Origin: Chloroflexota bacterium
GTDB taxonomy: Bacteria; Chloroflexota; Limnocylindria; QHBO01
Length of the DNA: 64,000 nt
Assembly (NCBI GenBank): GCA_039933775.1
Contig: JBDTNK010000002.1
Span: forward strand, 6,147 to 70,146
Reading direction: 5' to 3'
Part shown: in pieces, positions 1 through 8,674 of the stretch
Layout of the letters: the number at the start of each line of letters is the position of its first letter
Numbering within the stretch: position 1 is the stretch's first letter
Notes under the pieces: generated by a model
The model's input: the letters and a program-made list of their open reading frames with translations, nothing else
The model's database searches: none
Told to the model about the DNA's origin: nothing
Made by a program: the position numbers and the translations under genes

Positions 1-1
1 G

Positions 2-178
2 CTGCGCGCGGTGTGGGGCCAGGAATACAGCGAGGAGGGCCACTACCTGCATGTCTACGTGTCGCAGCTCCGGCGCAAGATTGCGGCGCTCGACGCTGAC
101 CAGCAGCTGGCCCGGCTCATCACCGCCGAAGCGGGCGTGGGATACCGCGTTCTGAGCGATTTCTTGAGCGATTCTTGA
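2..178 (+). CDS. Response regulator C-terminal winged-helix DNA-binding domain (OmpR/PhoB family, KdpE-like); the 5' part lies outside the window
   Basis: Frame 2 from the window edge reads LRAVWGQEYSEEGHYLHVYVSQLRRKIAALDADQQLARLITAEAGVGYRVLSDF and stops at TGA 176-178. This fits the YLxxYxxxLRxKl...GxGYr pattern of trans_reg_C domains. It is absent from the ORF track because it has no start codon in the window. Confidence 0.6.
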   Translation: MRAVWGQEYSEEGHYLHVYVSQLRRKIAALDADQQLARLITAEAGVGYRVLSDFLSDS

Positions 179-235
179 GCGCCTGCTGACTCTGGCGACC
201 GCGTTCCATCTTGGACCGCGGCCGATGCTCGATGG

Positions 236-2305
236 ATGAGACCCATCGATTCGGGGGAGGACCCCGATCATCGGACGCCGGTCGTCAACCCGCATCTCGA
301 GGTTCGCGAGCGGCATGCCGGGCGGCGGCCGGGCGACGCCTACGTTAGGATCGTCCGCCCGTTCGAGGATGACTTCGAGTCGGGCGGTGGACGGCTCGTC
401 GCCACCGAGCGCACGATCCTGCAGCGCGACGGTTGGCACAGTGCGCTTCGCCGGCTCCGAACGGTGCTCATTGGGCGGCCGATTCCGAGCGAGCATGAGG
501 GGCATGAGCGGCTGACGAAGCTGAAGGCGCTCGCCATCTTTTCGAGCGACAACATCAGCTCGTCCGCCTACGCGACGGAGGAGATGATGCGCATCCTCGT
601 CGTGGCTGGGGCCGGCGGGATCGCGCTGACGATGCCGCTCACCTTCGCAATCGTTGCCGTGCTCGCGGTCGTGGCGACGAGCTACCTGCAGACGATCAAG
701 GCCTACCCCAACGGGGCCTCGAGCTACATCGTGGCGAGCGACAACCTTGGCGTCCTGCCGGGGCTCCTCGCCGCAGCCGCGCTCCTCATCGATTACGTGC
801 TGACCGTGGCGGTATCGGTCTCGGCCGGGGTTGCAGCGATCACCTCGATCGTGCCGAGCCTCTTCCCCGAGCGGGTCCTCATCGCGGTCGCCATCGTCGC
901 GGTCCTCATGCTTGGCAACCTACGGGGCATCAGGGAGTCGGGCACGATCTTCATGACGCCCACCTACCTGTACATCGGCCTCGTGGCCTCGATCATCGGC
1001 ATCGGGCTGGTGCGCGAGCTCGGCGGCAACCTGGGTGCGTTCCAGCCGCCACCGATGTGGCTGGACGAGCTTGCCGCCGACCAAGGCGGCACGGTGGCGA
1101 TTCTGTCGCTCTTCATCGTGCTGCGTGCGTTCAGCTCGGGTGCCGCGGGCCTGACGGGTGTCGAAGCTGTGTCAGACGGTGTGCCAGCATTCAAGCCACC
1201 CGAATGGCGCAACGCGCGCATCACGCTGGCCTGGCAGGCGGGAATCTTCAGCGTCCTCTTCCTTGGCATCAGTCACCTCTCGTCGGCGTTGCACGTGATC
1301 CCTGATCCCAGCGAGCAGCGGACGGTGCTGGCGCTCATGACGCGACAGATCAGCGGTGACGGCGCATTGCTTGTCTCGGTGCAACTGGCGACGGCGCTCG
1401 TCCTGGCTTTGGCCGCCAATACGAGCTTCGCCGATTTTCCGCGCCTCTCGTCATTCCTGGCGCGCGACGGCTTCATGCCCCGCCAGTTCGGGTTCCGCGG
1501 CGAGCGGCTGGCGTTCACCACCGGCATCGTAGCGCTGTCGATGCTGGCGATCCTGCTGCTCGTCACCTTCAACGCCTCGGTCACGGCGCTCATCCCGCTC
1601 TACACGCTGGGCGTCTTTATTGCCTTCACGCTCTCCCAGGGTGGCATGGTCGTGCGCTGGTGGCGGCGCCGCGAGCCGGGCTGGCGCCGCGGGTTGCTGA
1701 TCAACGGCAGCGGCGCGCTGACGACCTGCGCCATTGCCGCCGTGGTAGGCGCCACGAAGTTCCTCTCGGGGGCGTGGATGGTCGTGTTGATGATGCCGAT
1801 CCTCATCGTGCTGATGATCGGTATTCGGGCCCACTATCGAGCGACAGACCGTGAGCTCACCCTCGAGCGGATCCCGGCCGGCGCGGAGCGTGCCCGCGAG
1901 CCGATCGTCATCGTGCCGGTGGCGCGCCTGGACCGGGCGGCGCGACAGGCAATCGCATTCGCACGCTCGATCAGCGAGACGGCGACGGCCGTGCACGTGA
2001 CGAACGACGCGGAGGATGCAGAGACGCTCCGAGCCCGGTGGCCCGACTGGGCCGGACCGATGGAGCTCGTGGTGGTCGAGTCGCCGTACCGCGCGCTCGT
2101 GGTGCCGCTGCTGCGCTACATGGACGCGCTCCAGCTCCAGGATCCGAGCCGGCCGATCCTCGTCGTGCTCTCCGAGTTCGTGCCACAGCATTGGTGGCAG
2201 CACCTCCTGCACAACCAGACTGCGCTGCGCCTGAAGCTGCGTCTGTTCGCGCGCCGTAACACGATCGTGGCCGACGTGCCATACCACGTAGGCGGCGTCG
2301 GGTAA
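236..2305 (+). CDS. APC-superfamily amino acid/cation permease with a soluble C-terminal domain
   Basis: 689-aa ORF. The motif LKALAIFSSDNISSSAYATEEM is followed by about 12 hydrophobic segments, then a soluble tail (IVIVPVARLDRAARQAIAFA...VVVESPYRALVVPLLRYM). The true start within the first ~80 codons is not resolved. Confidence 0.8.
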   Translation: MRPIDSGEDPDHRTPVVNPHLEVRERHAGRRPGDAYVRIVRPFEDDFESGGGRLVATERTILQRDGWHSALRRLRTVLIGRPIPSEHEGHERLTKLKALAIFSSDNISSSAYATEEMMRILVVAGAGGIALTMPLTFAIVAVLAVVATSYLQTIKAYPNGASSYIVASDNLGVLPGLLAAAALLIDYVLTVAVSVSAGVAAITSIVPSLFPERVLIAVAIVAVLMLGNLRGIRESGTIFMTPTYLYIGLVASIIGIGLVRELGGNLGAFQPPPMWLDELAADQGGTVAILSLFIVLRAFSSGAAGLTGVEAVSDGVPAFKPPEWRNARITLAWQAGIFSVLFLGISHLSSALHVIPDPSEQRTVLALMTRQISGDGALLVSVQLATALVLALAANTSFADFPRLSSFLARDGFMPRQFGFRGERLAFTTGIVALSMLAILLLVTFNASVTALIPLYTLGVFIAFTLSQGGMVVRWWRRREPGWRRGLLINGSGALTTCAIAAVVGATKFLSGAWMVVLMMPILIVLMIGIRAHYRATDRELTLERIPAGAERAREPIVIVPVARLDRAARQAIAFARSISETATAVHVTNDAEDAETLRARWPDWAGPMELVVVESPYRALVVPLLRYMDALQLQDPSRPILVVLSEFVPQHWWQHLLHNQTALRLKLRLFARRNTIVADVPYHVGGVG

Positions 2306-2315
2306 CATATGGAAT

Positions 2316-2939
2316 ATGGTTGTCACCCAAACACGTTCCGTCTCGCGTCCAAGCTTGGAGCCCGATGACGCCGCCGACGTCCTCGCCACCCTGCGCCTGC
2401 TCGACGCCATGGGGCTCCTACCGTTGAAGGCACCGCTCGAACGGCTCGACCTGGCGGCCCTTCGGCGCGCGGTGCGCGCGGCGAGCGCGGCGGGGATCGG
2501 GCGGGACGCGGCCAGCCTGCTGCGCAGCGGCGCCGGCGACCCTGCCACGGTTCGACGGGTCGTTACGCAGCTGCGTGAGGCGTTGGAGGACTCGCCGGTA
2601 CCGCAGTCGGAGATCCGCGAGCTTCTTGGCATCTTCGATCCCGACGCGCTCGGCGCGCTCGTCGGCGCATCGGCCAGCAGCCTGCGCCGCTATGCGCTGG
2701 GGGCGCGGGCGACGCCGGATGATGCCGCGGCGCGCATTCATTGGCTGGCCAAGGTCGTCGGCGACCTGCGCGGCGCGTACAACGACGCGGGCGTGAAGCG
2801 CTGGTTCGAGCGCCGCCGCGCGCAGCTCGACGATCGGCCGCCGCGCGCCCTGCTGCTCGGGGCATGGGACCCCGAGGACGACGGGCCCCGGGCCGTCCGT
2901 GGCCTGGCCCGCGGGCTGAGCGGCGGAGGCGCCACGTGA
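2316..2939 (+). CDS. Xre/MbcA/ParS-family antitoxin (DUF2384-like C-terminal toxin-binding domain)
   Basis: 207-aa ORF. The C-terminal half, SLRRYALGARATPDDAAARIHWLAKVVGDLRGAYNDAGVKRWFERRRAQLDDRPPRALLL, fits the antitoxin partner of RES toxins. Its stop overlaps the next gene's start (GTGA at 2936-2939). Confidence 0.65.
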   Translation: MVVTQTRSVSRPSLEPDDAADVLATLRLLDAMGLLPLKAPLERLDLAALRRAVRAASAAGIGRDAASLLRSGAGDPATVRRVVTQLREALEDSPVPQSEIRELLGIFDPDALGALVGASASSLRRYALGARATPDDAAARIHWLAKVVGDLRGAYNDAGVKRWFERRRAQLDDRPPRALLLGAWDPEDDGPRAVRGLARGLSGGGAT

Positions 2940-3463
2940 TCGGCTACCGGCATGCCGACCCGCGCTTCCCATTCCTGTGGGAGGAGGCCGCGCAGCCGGC
3001 GGCGCGCTGGCATGGCGACGGCGAGGGGCCGGCGCACTACTTCGCCACGACGCCGGACGCCGCGTGGGCCGAGTTCCTGCGCCACGAGGGGATCATCGAT
3101 CCGGAGGACGTCGGCACCGTGCGCCGCGGGTTATGGGCCGTCGAGCTTCCCGACGAGCCGCTGCCGCAGCCGATCGTCTCTTCGCGAACCGCGAGCGGTG
3201 GACTGGGAAGCTACGCCCGCTGCCAGGTCGAGGCGCGACGTCTGCGCAGCGCCGGCGCGCCGGGGCTTGACGCGCCGTCGGCGGCGGTGCGACCTCGCTC
3301 GGCGAGTGGCTTTCGCGTCGATCGCGGGCTCCAGCCGGGCGATCCACGCGACGAGCGCGTCATCGTCCTGTTCGGGCCGCGCCCCGACCTTGTTGGCTGG
3401 GCGGCCTGCGCCCCGGGCCGGCCGCGCGACGACCTGCTGCCGCGGGTGCGACCGCTCCGCTGA
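2936..3463 (+). CDS. RES-domain toxin (NAD+-targeting MbcT/ParT family)
   Basis: A GTG at 2936 is in frame with track ORF 2741..3463. The product is VIGYRHADPRFPFLWEE..ARWHGDGEGPAHYFATTPDAAWAEFLRHE...GLDAPSAAV. The R...E...S spacing and the PSA motif are as in RES domains. It is coupled by 4 bp to the upstream Xre-type gene. Confidence 0.65.
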   Translation: MIGYRHADPRFPFLWEEAAQPAARWHGDGEGPAHYFATTPDAAWAEFLRHEGIIDPEDVGTVRRGLWAVELPDEPLPQPIVSSRTASGGLGSYARCQVEARRLRSAGAPGLDAPSAAVRPRSASGFRVDRGLQPGDPRDERVIVLFGPRPDLVGWAACAPGRPRDDLLPRVRPLR

Positions 3464-3493
3464 CCGCGGTTGTTGGTGCTATCGTTCGCGCAA

Positions 3494-3528
3494 TCCCTTT
3501 AAGCCGGTCCCGTGAGGCCGGGAAGGAG
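3494..3528 (+). promoter_or_regulatory. PyrR-binding-loop-like RNA hairpin overlapping the carA ribosome-binding site
   Basis: The sequence is TCCCTTTAAGCCGGTCCCGTGAGGCCGGGAAGGAG. A CCGG/CCGG stem presents the loop UCCCGUGAGG, close to the UCCAGAGAGG core of PyrR binding loops. It is flanked by CCUUUAA and by AAGGAG, which is also the carA Shine-Dalgarno sequence. Confidence 0.5.
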
Positions 3529-3533
3529 TGTGC

Positions 3534-4718
3534 GTGTCGACCGTCCTGCCCATGGCGCAACAGGCGCCGCCCGATGCCCGAGCCGGATCCGGCCAGGCCC
3601 CAGACGGTCCCCCCGGGCTCTTGGCGCTCGAAGGCGGCATGGTGTTGCGCGGCCACCTCAGCGGCGCGCCGGTGCGTGCCGAGGGCGACCTCATCTTCAC
3701 GACCGCCGCGACCGGATGGGGCGAGATCCTGACCGACCCGTCGTACGCGGGGCAGATCGTCGTCCTGACGCATCCGATGGCCGGCAACTATCGCATCGCC
3801 CCCGATGAGCTCGAGTCGCGACGCGTCCACGCCCGCGCGCTGGTCGCGACGCGCATCGTCACGCCGCCCGACGGTCCGGGGCTCTCGCTGTCACAGATGC
3901 TGACCGATGCCGGCATCCCGGCGATCACCGGCATCGACACACGGGCCCTGACCCTCACGCTGCGCCGCGGAGCCGCGCGCCGGGCTGTCATCCGCCCGAT
4001 CGACGAGGCGACCGAGCCTGCGGCCGACGCGCGGCAGGCGATCGAAGAGGCAGCGGCCAGCGTGCCGTGGGAGACCGTCGACCACGTCAGCGCGGTCGCG
4101 ACGCGCCAGGCCGTCGTGCTCCCGCCGACGGGGCAGCGACGCGCACGCGCGGTGCTGATCGATTACGGCGTGAAGCGCTCCCTGCTCGCCGCGCTGGCGG
4201 CTCGCGACCTCGAGGTGATCGTGCTCCCGCCGGATGCCACGGTGGCCGACGTCGCGTCGCATGATCCGCATCTCGTCGTGCTCGCGCCGGGCCCCGGCGA
4301 CCCGTCGCGCATGGCGCCCCAGATCGCGACGGTGCGCGAGCTCGCCGAGCGCGCACAGGCGGGCGGGCCGCCAGTGCTCGGCATCTGCCTGGGGCACCAG
4401 CTGCTGGCGCTCGCTGCCGGCGCACCGACCGCGCGCCTGGCCGTCGGGCATCACGGCGGCAACCATGCGGTGCTCGAGGCCAGCAGCGGCCGCGTCGACA
4501 TCGGCGCCCACAACCACGAGATCGCGGTCCTCGACCATCCCGCGCTCGCCGCCGCGGGCTACGCGGTGAGCCATCGCGACCTCAACGACGACACCGTTGA
4601 GGGACTGGTGCACGCCAGCGGGCGGGTGGCATCGGTCCAGTTTCATCCGGAGGGAGCGCCGGGGCCCATCGACGGCGCGCGGGTCTTCGACGTCGCGACG
4701 GCGCTGCTCGACCGATGA
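3534..4718 (+). CDS. carA: Carbamoyl-phosphate synthase small (glutaminase) subunit
   Basis: The motif TDPSYAGQIVVLTHPMAGNYRI is followed by the GATase region GICLGHQLLALA...VQFHPE. I chose the GTG at 3534, 5 nt after GAAGGAG. The track start at 3528 abuts the SD, and ATG 3552 is an alternative. Confidence 0.93.
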   Translation: MSTVLPMAQQAPPDARAGSGQAPDGPPGLLALEGGMVLRGHLSGAPVRAEGDLIFTTAATGWGEILTDPSYAGQIVVLTHPMAGNYRIAPDELESRRVHARALVATRIVTPPDGPGLSLSQMLTDAGIPAITGIDTRALTLTLRRGAARRAVIRPIDEATEPAADARQAIEEAAASVPWETVDHVSAVATRQAVVLPPTGQRRARAVLIDYGVKRSLLAALAARDLEVIVLPPDATVADVASHDPHLVVLAPGPGDPSRMAPQIATVRELAERAQAGGPPVLGICLGHQLLALAAGAPTARLAVGHHGGNHAVLEASSGRVDIGAHNHEIAVLDHPALAAAGYAVSHRDLNDDTVEGLVHASGRVASVQFHPEGAPGPIDGARVFDVATALLDR

Positions 4719-7504
4719 CCCCGCGCAAGGTGCTCGTGATCGGCTCCGGGCCGATCCTCATCGGGCAGGCCGCGGAGTTCGACTACGCGGGCGTGCAGGC
4801 CTGCCTGGCGCTGCGGGCCGAAGGCGTGGAGACGATCCTGGTCAACTCGAATCCCGCGACGGTGATGACCGATCCGGACGTCGGCGGGACGGTGCTCATC
4901 GGTCCGTTGTCGCTCGCGTACCTGACGCGCGTGATCGAGGAGCATCGGCCCGACGCGCTGCTCCCGACGCTGGGCGGGCAGACCGGCCTGAACCTGGCGG
5001 TCGCGCTCGACGACGCGGGCGTCCTGGACCGATGCGGCGTCCGCGTCCTGGGCACGCCACTCGAGGCGGTGCGTGCGGCAGAGGATCGCGGCGGCTTCCG
5101 GCAGCTCGTCATGCAGATCGGCGAGCCGGTTCCGGAGAGCGCGGTGGTCGAGTCGGTTGACGATGGGATGGCGTTCGTCGAGATGCTGCGCGCCCCGGTC
5201 GTGATCCGCCCCGCCTTCACGCTGGGGGGCGGTGGAGGCGGCTTCGCCACCACCCTCGACGAGGCGCGGCGCAGCATCGCGCACGGGATCGCCGCCAGCC
5301 CCATCGGGCAGGTGCTCGTGGAGCGCAGCCTGGCTGGCTGGAAGGAGATCGAGTTCGAGGTCCTGCGCGACGCGTCGGACACGACGATCGCGATCTGCGG
5401 CATGGAGAATTTGGACCCGATGGGCGTGCACACCGGTGACTCGATCGTCGTGGCGCCGATCCAGACGCTGCCCGATCCGGTCGTCCAGCGCCTGCGCCGC
5501 TGTTCGCTGAAGATCGTGCGCGCGCTCAAGCTGGAGGGCGGCTGCAACGTGCAGCTGGCCGTCTCGCCCGACGGCAGCGACTACCGGGTGATCGAGGTCA
5601 ACCCCCGCGTCTCGCGCTCGAGCGCGCTGGCCAGCAAGGCGACCGGCTATCCGATCGCGCGGCTCGCGGCGCTGATCGCCCTGGGCAAGCGCCTGCACGA
5701 GCTGCCGAACCCGGCAACCGGCGGGGGATCGGCCGCGTTCGAGCCGGCGGTCGACTATGTCGTCGTCAAGCTGCCGCGCTGGCCCTTCGACAAGTTCCCC
5801 GACGCGGAGCGTGGGCTCGGCGTGCAGATGAAGGCGACCGGCGAGGCGATGGCGATCGATCGCGAGTTCGGCCCGGCCCTGCTGAAGGCAGTCCGCTCCC
5901 TCGAGCCGCGCATCCGCGGCTGGCTGTGGGAAGACCCCGCGTGGGGGCTCGAGGAAGGCCCGCCGGCGGACCTTGCCCGATTCCTGTCGGCGAGTGACAC
6001 GCGCCTGTGGCGCATCGTCGGGCTGCTGCGCCATGGACGGGCCAGCGCGGCGGAGATCGAGGCGACAACCGGCATCGCGCCCTGGTTCGTCGAACGCATC
6101 GCCGAGATCGTCGAGGCCGAGCGCGAGGTGGTTGGCGCTCCGCTGCTGACCGCGAAGCGGGCAGGCTTTGGCGACGCGGATATCGCGACGCTGTCCGGCG
6201 TCCCGTGGCCGGCGATCCGTCGCGCGCGAGTCCGCTCGGGAATCCATCCCGCCTACCGGCGCGTCGACACCTGCGCCGGTGAGTTCCCGGCGGAGACGCC
6301 CTACTTCTATTCGAGCTACGCCCAGCCCGAGGTCGCGCCGCCGGCGGAGCGTCGCAGCGTCATCGTCGTCGGCTCGGGACCGATCCGCATCGGTCAGGGC
6401 ATCGAGTTCGACTACTGCAGCGTGCGGGCGGCATGGGCCATCCGCGAGATGGGCCTCGATGCGGTCGTGATCAACAACAACCCTGAGACCGTATCGACCG
6501 ATTACGACGCCTGTACCCGCCTCTATTTCGAGCCGCTCGACACCGAGAGCGTGCTCGACGTGATCGACCACGAGCGCGCGTTGACCGGCACGCCGCCGCA
6601 CGTGGTGCTCACCTTCGGCGGCCAGACCGCGATCGATCTCGCCAGGGACCTCGCCTATGCCGACGTCCCGATCGCTGGGCTGACCGCCGAGGCCATCGAG
6701 ATCACCGAGGACCGCGAGCGGTTCGCGACGCTCCTCGACGAGCTCGGCATCGACGGACCGCGCGGTCAGCTGGCGACCGATGTCGACGGCCTGCGCGCCG
6801 CGATCGGCGTCCTGGGCCTGCCGGTCATCGTGCGGCCATCATGGGTCATCGGCGGCCGCGGCATCGCGGTCCTGCGCAACGAGGCGGACCTCGCCGCCTA
6901 TCTGGCCACCGATGTCGGCTGGCCACTGCGCGTCGACGAGCTGGTCGACGGCATCGAGCTCGATGTGGATGCCATCAGCGACGGGACCGATACCTGCGTG
7001 CCGGGAATCCTGGAGCAGATCGATCCTCCTGGCGTGCACTCCGGAGACTCCGTCGCGGTGCTGCCACCGCAGCGGCTGTCGCGCGACGTCCAGGAAGGTG
7101 CTGCCGCGATCGCCGGCCGTATCGCTCTCGCGCTCGGGGTGCGCGGCATCCTCAACGTGCAGATGATCGCCGCCCCCGATCGGGTCGTCGTCATCGAAGC
7201 GAATCCGCGTGCCAGCCGGACGGTGCCGGTCGTGGCCAAGGCGACCGGCCGCGACGTCGTGGCGGCGGCGGTGCGCTGCGCCCTGGGCGCGTCGCTGGCT
7301 GAGGTGGGGCTCAGACCGGGATTGTTCGAGGACGGTGAGCGGGTCGCGGTCAAGGCACCGGTGGATTCACTGTGGCGGCTGCCGGGCGTGAGCGTGGAGC
7401 TGGGACCAGAGATGCGTTCGACGGGAGAGGTGCTGGGCCTGGCGGCTGACTACGAGACGGCGCTGGCCGCGGCGCTGGATGCCGCAGCCGCGCATCGGCC
7501 GTGA
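4715..7504 (+). CDS. carB: Carbamoyl-phosphate synthase large subunit, short form lacking the C-terminal MGS-like allosteric domain
   Basis: ATGA overlap with carA. Two ATP-grasp halves are present (KVLVIGSGPILIGQAAEFDYAG... and SVIVVGSGPIRIGQGIEFDYC...). The ORF ends 20 residues after MRSTGEVLG, giving 929 aa against about 1070 aa for canonical CarB. Confidence 0.93.
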   Translation: MTPRKVLVIGSGPILIGQAAEFDYAGVQACLALRAEGVETILVNSNPATVMTDPDVGGTVLIGPLSLAYLTRVIEEHRPDALLPTLGGQTGLNLAVALDDAGVLDRCGVRVLGTPLEAVRAAEDRGGFRQLVMQIGEPVPESAVVESVDDGMAFVEMLRAPVVIRPAFTLGGGGGGFATTLDEARRSIAHGIAASPIGQVLVERSLAGWKEIEFEVLRDASDTTIAICGMENLDPMGVHTGDSIVVAPIQTLPDPVVQRLRRCSLKIVRALKLEGGCNVQLAVSPDGSDYRVIEVNPRVSRSSALASKATGYPIARLAALIALGKRLHELPNPATGGGSAAFEPAVDYVVVKLPRWPFDKFPDAERGLGVQMKATGEAMAIDREFGPALLKAVRSLEPRIRGWLWEDPAWGLEEGPPADLARFLSASDTRLWRIVGLLRHGRASAAEIEATTGIAPWFVERIAEIVEAEREVVGAPLLTAKRAGFGDADIATLSGVPWPAIRRARVRSGIHPAYRRVDTCAGEFPAETPYFYSSYAQPEVAPPAERRSVIVVGSGPIRIGQGIEFDYCSVRAAWAIREMGLDAVVINNNPETVSTDYDACTRLYFEPLDTESVLDVIDHERALTGTPPHVVLTFGGQTAIDLARDLAYADVPIAGLTAEAIEITEDRERFATLLDELGIDGPRGQLATDVDGLRAAIGVLGLPVIVRPSWVIGGRGIAVLRNEADLAAYLATDVGWPLRVDELVDGIELDVDAISDGTDTCVPGILEQIDPPGVHSGDSVAVLPPQRLSRDVQEGAAAIAGRIALALGVRGILNVQMIAAPDRVVVIEANPRASRTVPVVAKATGRDVVAAAVRCALGASLAEVGLRPGLFEDGERVAVKAPVDSLWRLPGVSVELGPEMRSTGEVLGLAADYETALAAALDAAAAHRP

Positions 7505-7522
7505 GCGTTGCCTTGCACAGCA

Positions 7523-7574
7523 GAAGACCGTCGCGAGGTCAGTACGGAGGGTCCTGACGCCCGCGACGGTCTTC
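7523..7574. terminator. Long GC-rich hairpin between convergent carB and the 7748-8527 gene (candidate bidirectional terminator)
   Basis: The arm GAAGACCGTCGCG (7523-7535) pairs perfectly with CGCGACGGTCTTC (7562-7574). There is an inner GGTCAG/CTGAC helix. No U-tract follows. Confidence 0.5.
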
Positions 7575-7747
7575 CAACGACGATGCGATCGAACACCGCT
7601 GCCGGCGAGGACGACATGTGAATGTCGCATCTGGCCCGAGCTTCCGTCAGCGACCACGTCGTCCGCAGAAGGCCGGCATCGGCTGTTGTTCGTCCGTATC
7701 GCGTCTGCCGCCAGTCTCTAGCAAGCGGCATGCCCGACGCGACCTGA

Positions 7748-8527
7748 TCAGCGACGGCGACGGTTCTGTGACGCGGGCGGACCCTGGGCAGTCCGCCGCC
7801 GGAGGTAGCCGCCGTACCAGCCCGCCGCCGTGCCGATGGCGAGCTGGAAGATCGTCTGCAGCAGGATGTTGAAGGCGATGCCGGCAGTCGTGACCCGTTG
7901 CGGAACGTTCGGCGCGGGGCTGGCCGCCGGCGACGGGGCGAGTGATGGTGCAGCACTGGCGACGGGCGTCGCCGCGGCCGTGGGGCTTGCCGTTGCCGTC
8001 GATTCCGTTCCGAGCAGGGAGCTGACCTGGTCAGGATTGGTCAGGAGCAGGGTCACGAGCACCAGCAGGACCGCGATCCAGCCCAGCAGTGCGGCCGCCG
8101 CCCCGTACAGCCACGGCCGTCGCCAGCCGAACCAGCCGGCCGCGATGAGTGATCCGAACGAGACGACGGACATCGCGATCCCGACCGCCGAGTTGTCGGT
8201 GAGCAGCCGCGAGACCGCCCACACCGCTCCCGCGCCGATCCAGGCCAGCGGGTTGCGCGCGAGGATCCAGATCGTCTCGGAGATGCCGCGGAACCGCGGC
8301 GAGCCGATGTAATCGAAGCCCTCGAGCGGATGTTCGTGACCGCGCAGCGGCGCGGCAGGCGGAAAGATTCGAGCCAGAAAGCCGCCGCCGCCGCTCGTCG
8401 GCGGGGCCTGGGGCGTCGACTCGTCGACATCGGCGTCTTCGGCAGGCTCTCCCTGGGCGGCAAGACGGGCGCGACGTCGCGCTTCGGCGCGCGAGCGATC
8501 GCTGCGCGATGGAGGTCGTGATGGCAT
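7748..8527 (-). CDS. Hypothetical integral membrane protein (Arg-rich N-terminus, about 4 TM segments, Ala/Pro/Ser-rich loop)
   Basis: I set the start at ATG 8527 (MPSRPPSRSDRSR...) because a TACAAT hexamer (8537-8542, minus strand) lies 9 nt upstream. The hydrophobic segments include WILARNPLAWIGAGAVWAV, IAMSVVSFGSLIAAGWFGW and GAAAALLGWIAVLLVLVTLLL. No family was recognised. Confidence 0.55.
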   Translation of the reverse strand: MPSRPPSRSDRSRAEARRRARLAAQGEPAEDADVDESTPQAPPTSGGGGFLARIFPPAAPLRGHEHPLEGFDYIGSPRFRGISETIWILARNPLAWIGAGAVWAVSRLLTDNSAVGIAMSVVSFGSLIAAGWFGWRRPWLYGAAAALLGWIAVLLVLVTLLLTNPDQVSSLLGTESTATASPTAAATPVASAAPSLAPSPAASPAPNVPQRVTTAGIAFNILLQTIFQLAIGTAAGWYGGYLRRRTAQGPPASQNRRRR

Positions 8528-8674
8528 TGGGCCGGGATTGTACGCGACGCGGACGTCTCGTTCGGCGCGCCGTCCGCAAAGCGGCCGATAAGCGCCCGCT
8601 AATCGCCTGGTAAGCCCCCTCGGGCATGATCGGCGGGCTGTGCACGCCTCCGACCCAAAGGTTCGAGGTGTGTC

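Noticed and set aside
4643-6601. 652-aa ORF antisense to carB
   Set aside because: It lies entirely opposite a gene with unmistakable CarB motifs. Its translation is Arg/Asp/His/Ala-rich low complexity with no recognisable domain. Long stop-free antisense frames are expected at this GC content.
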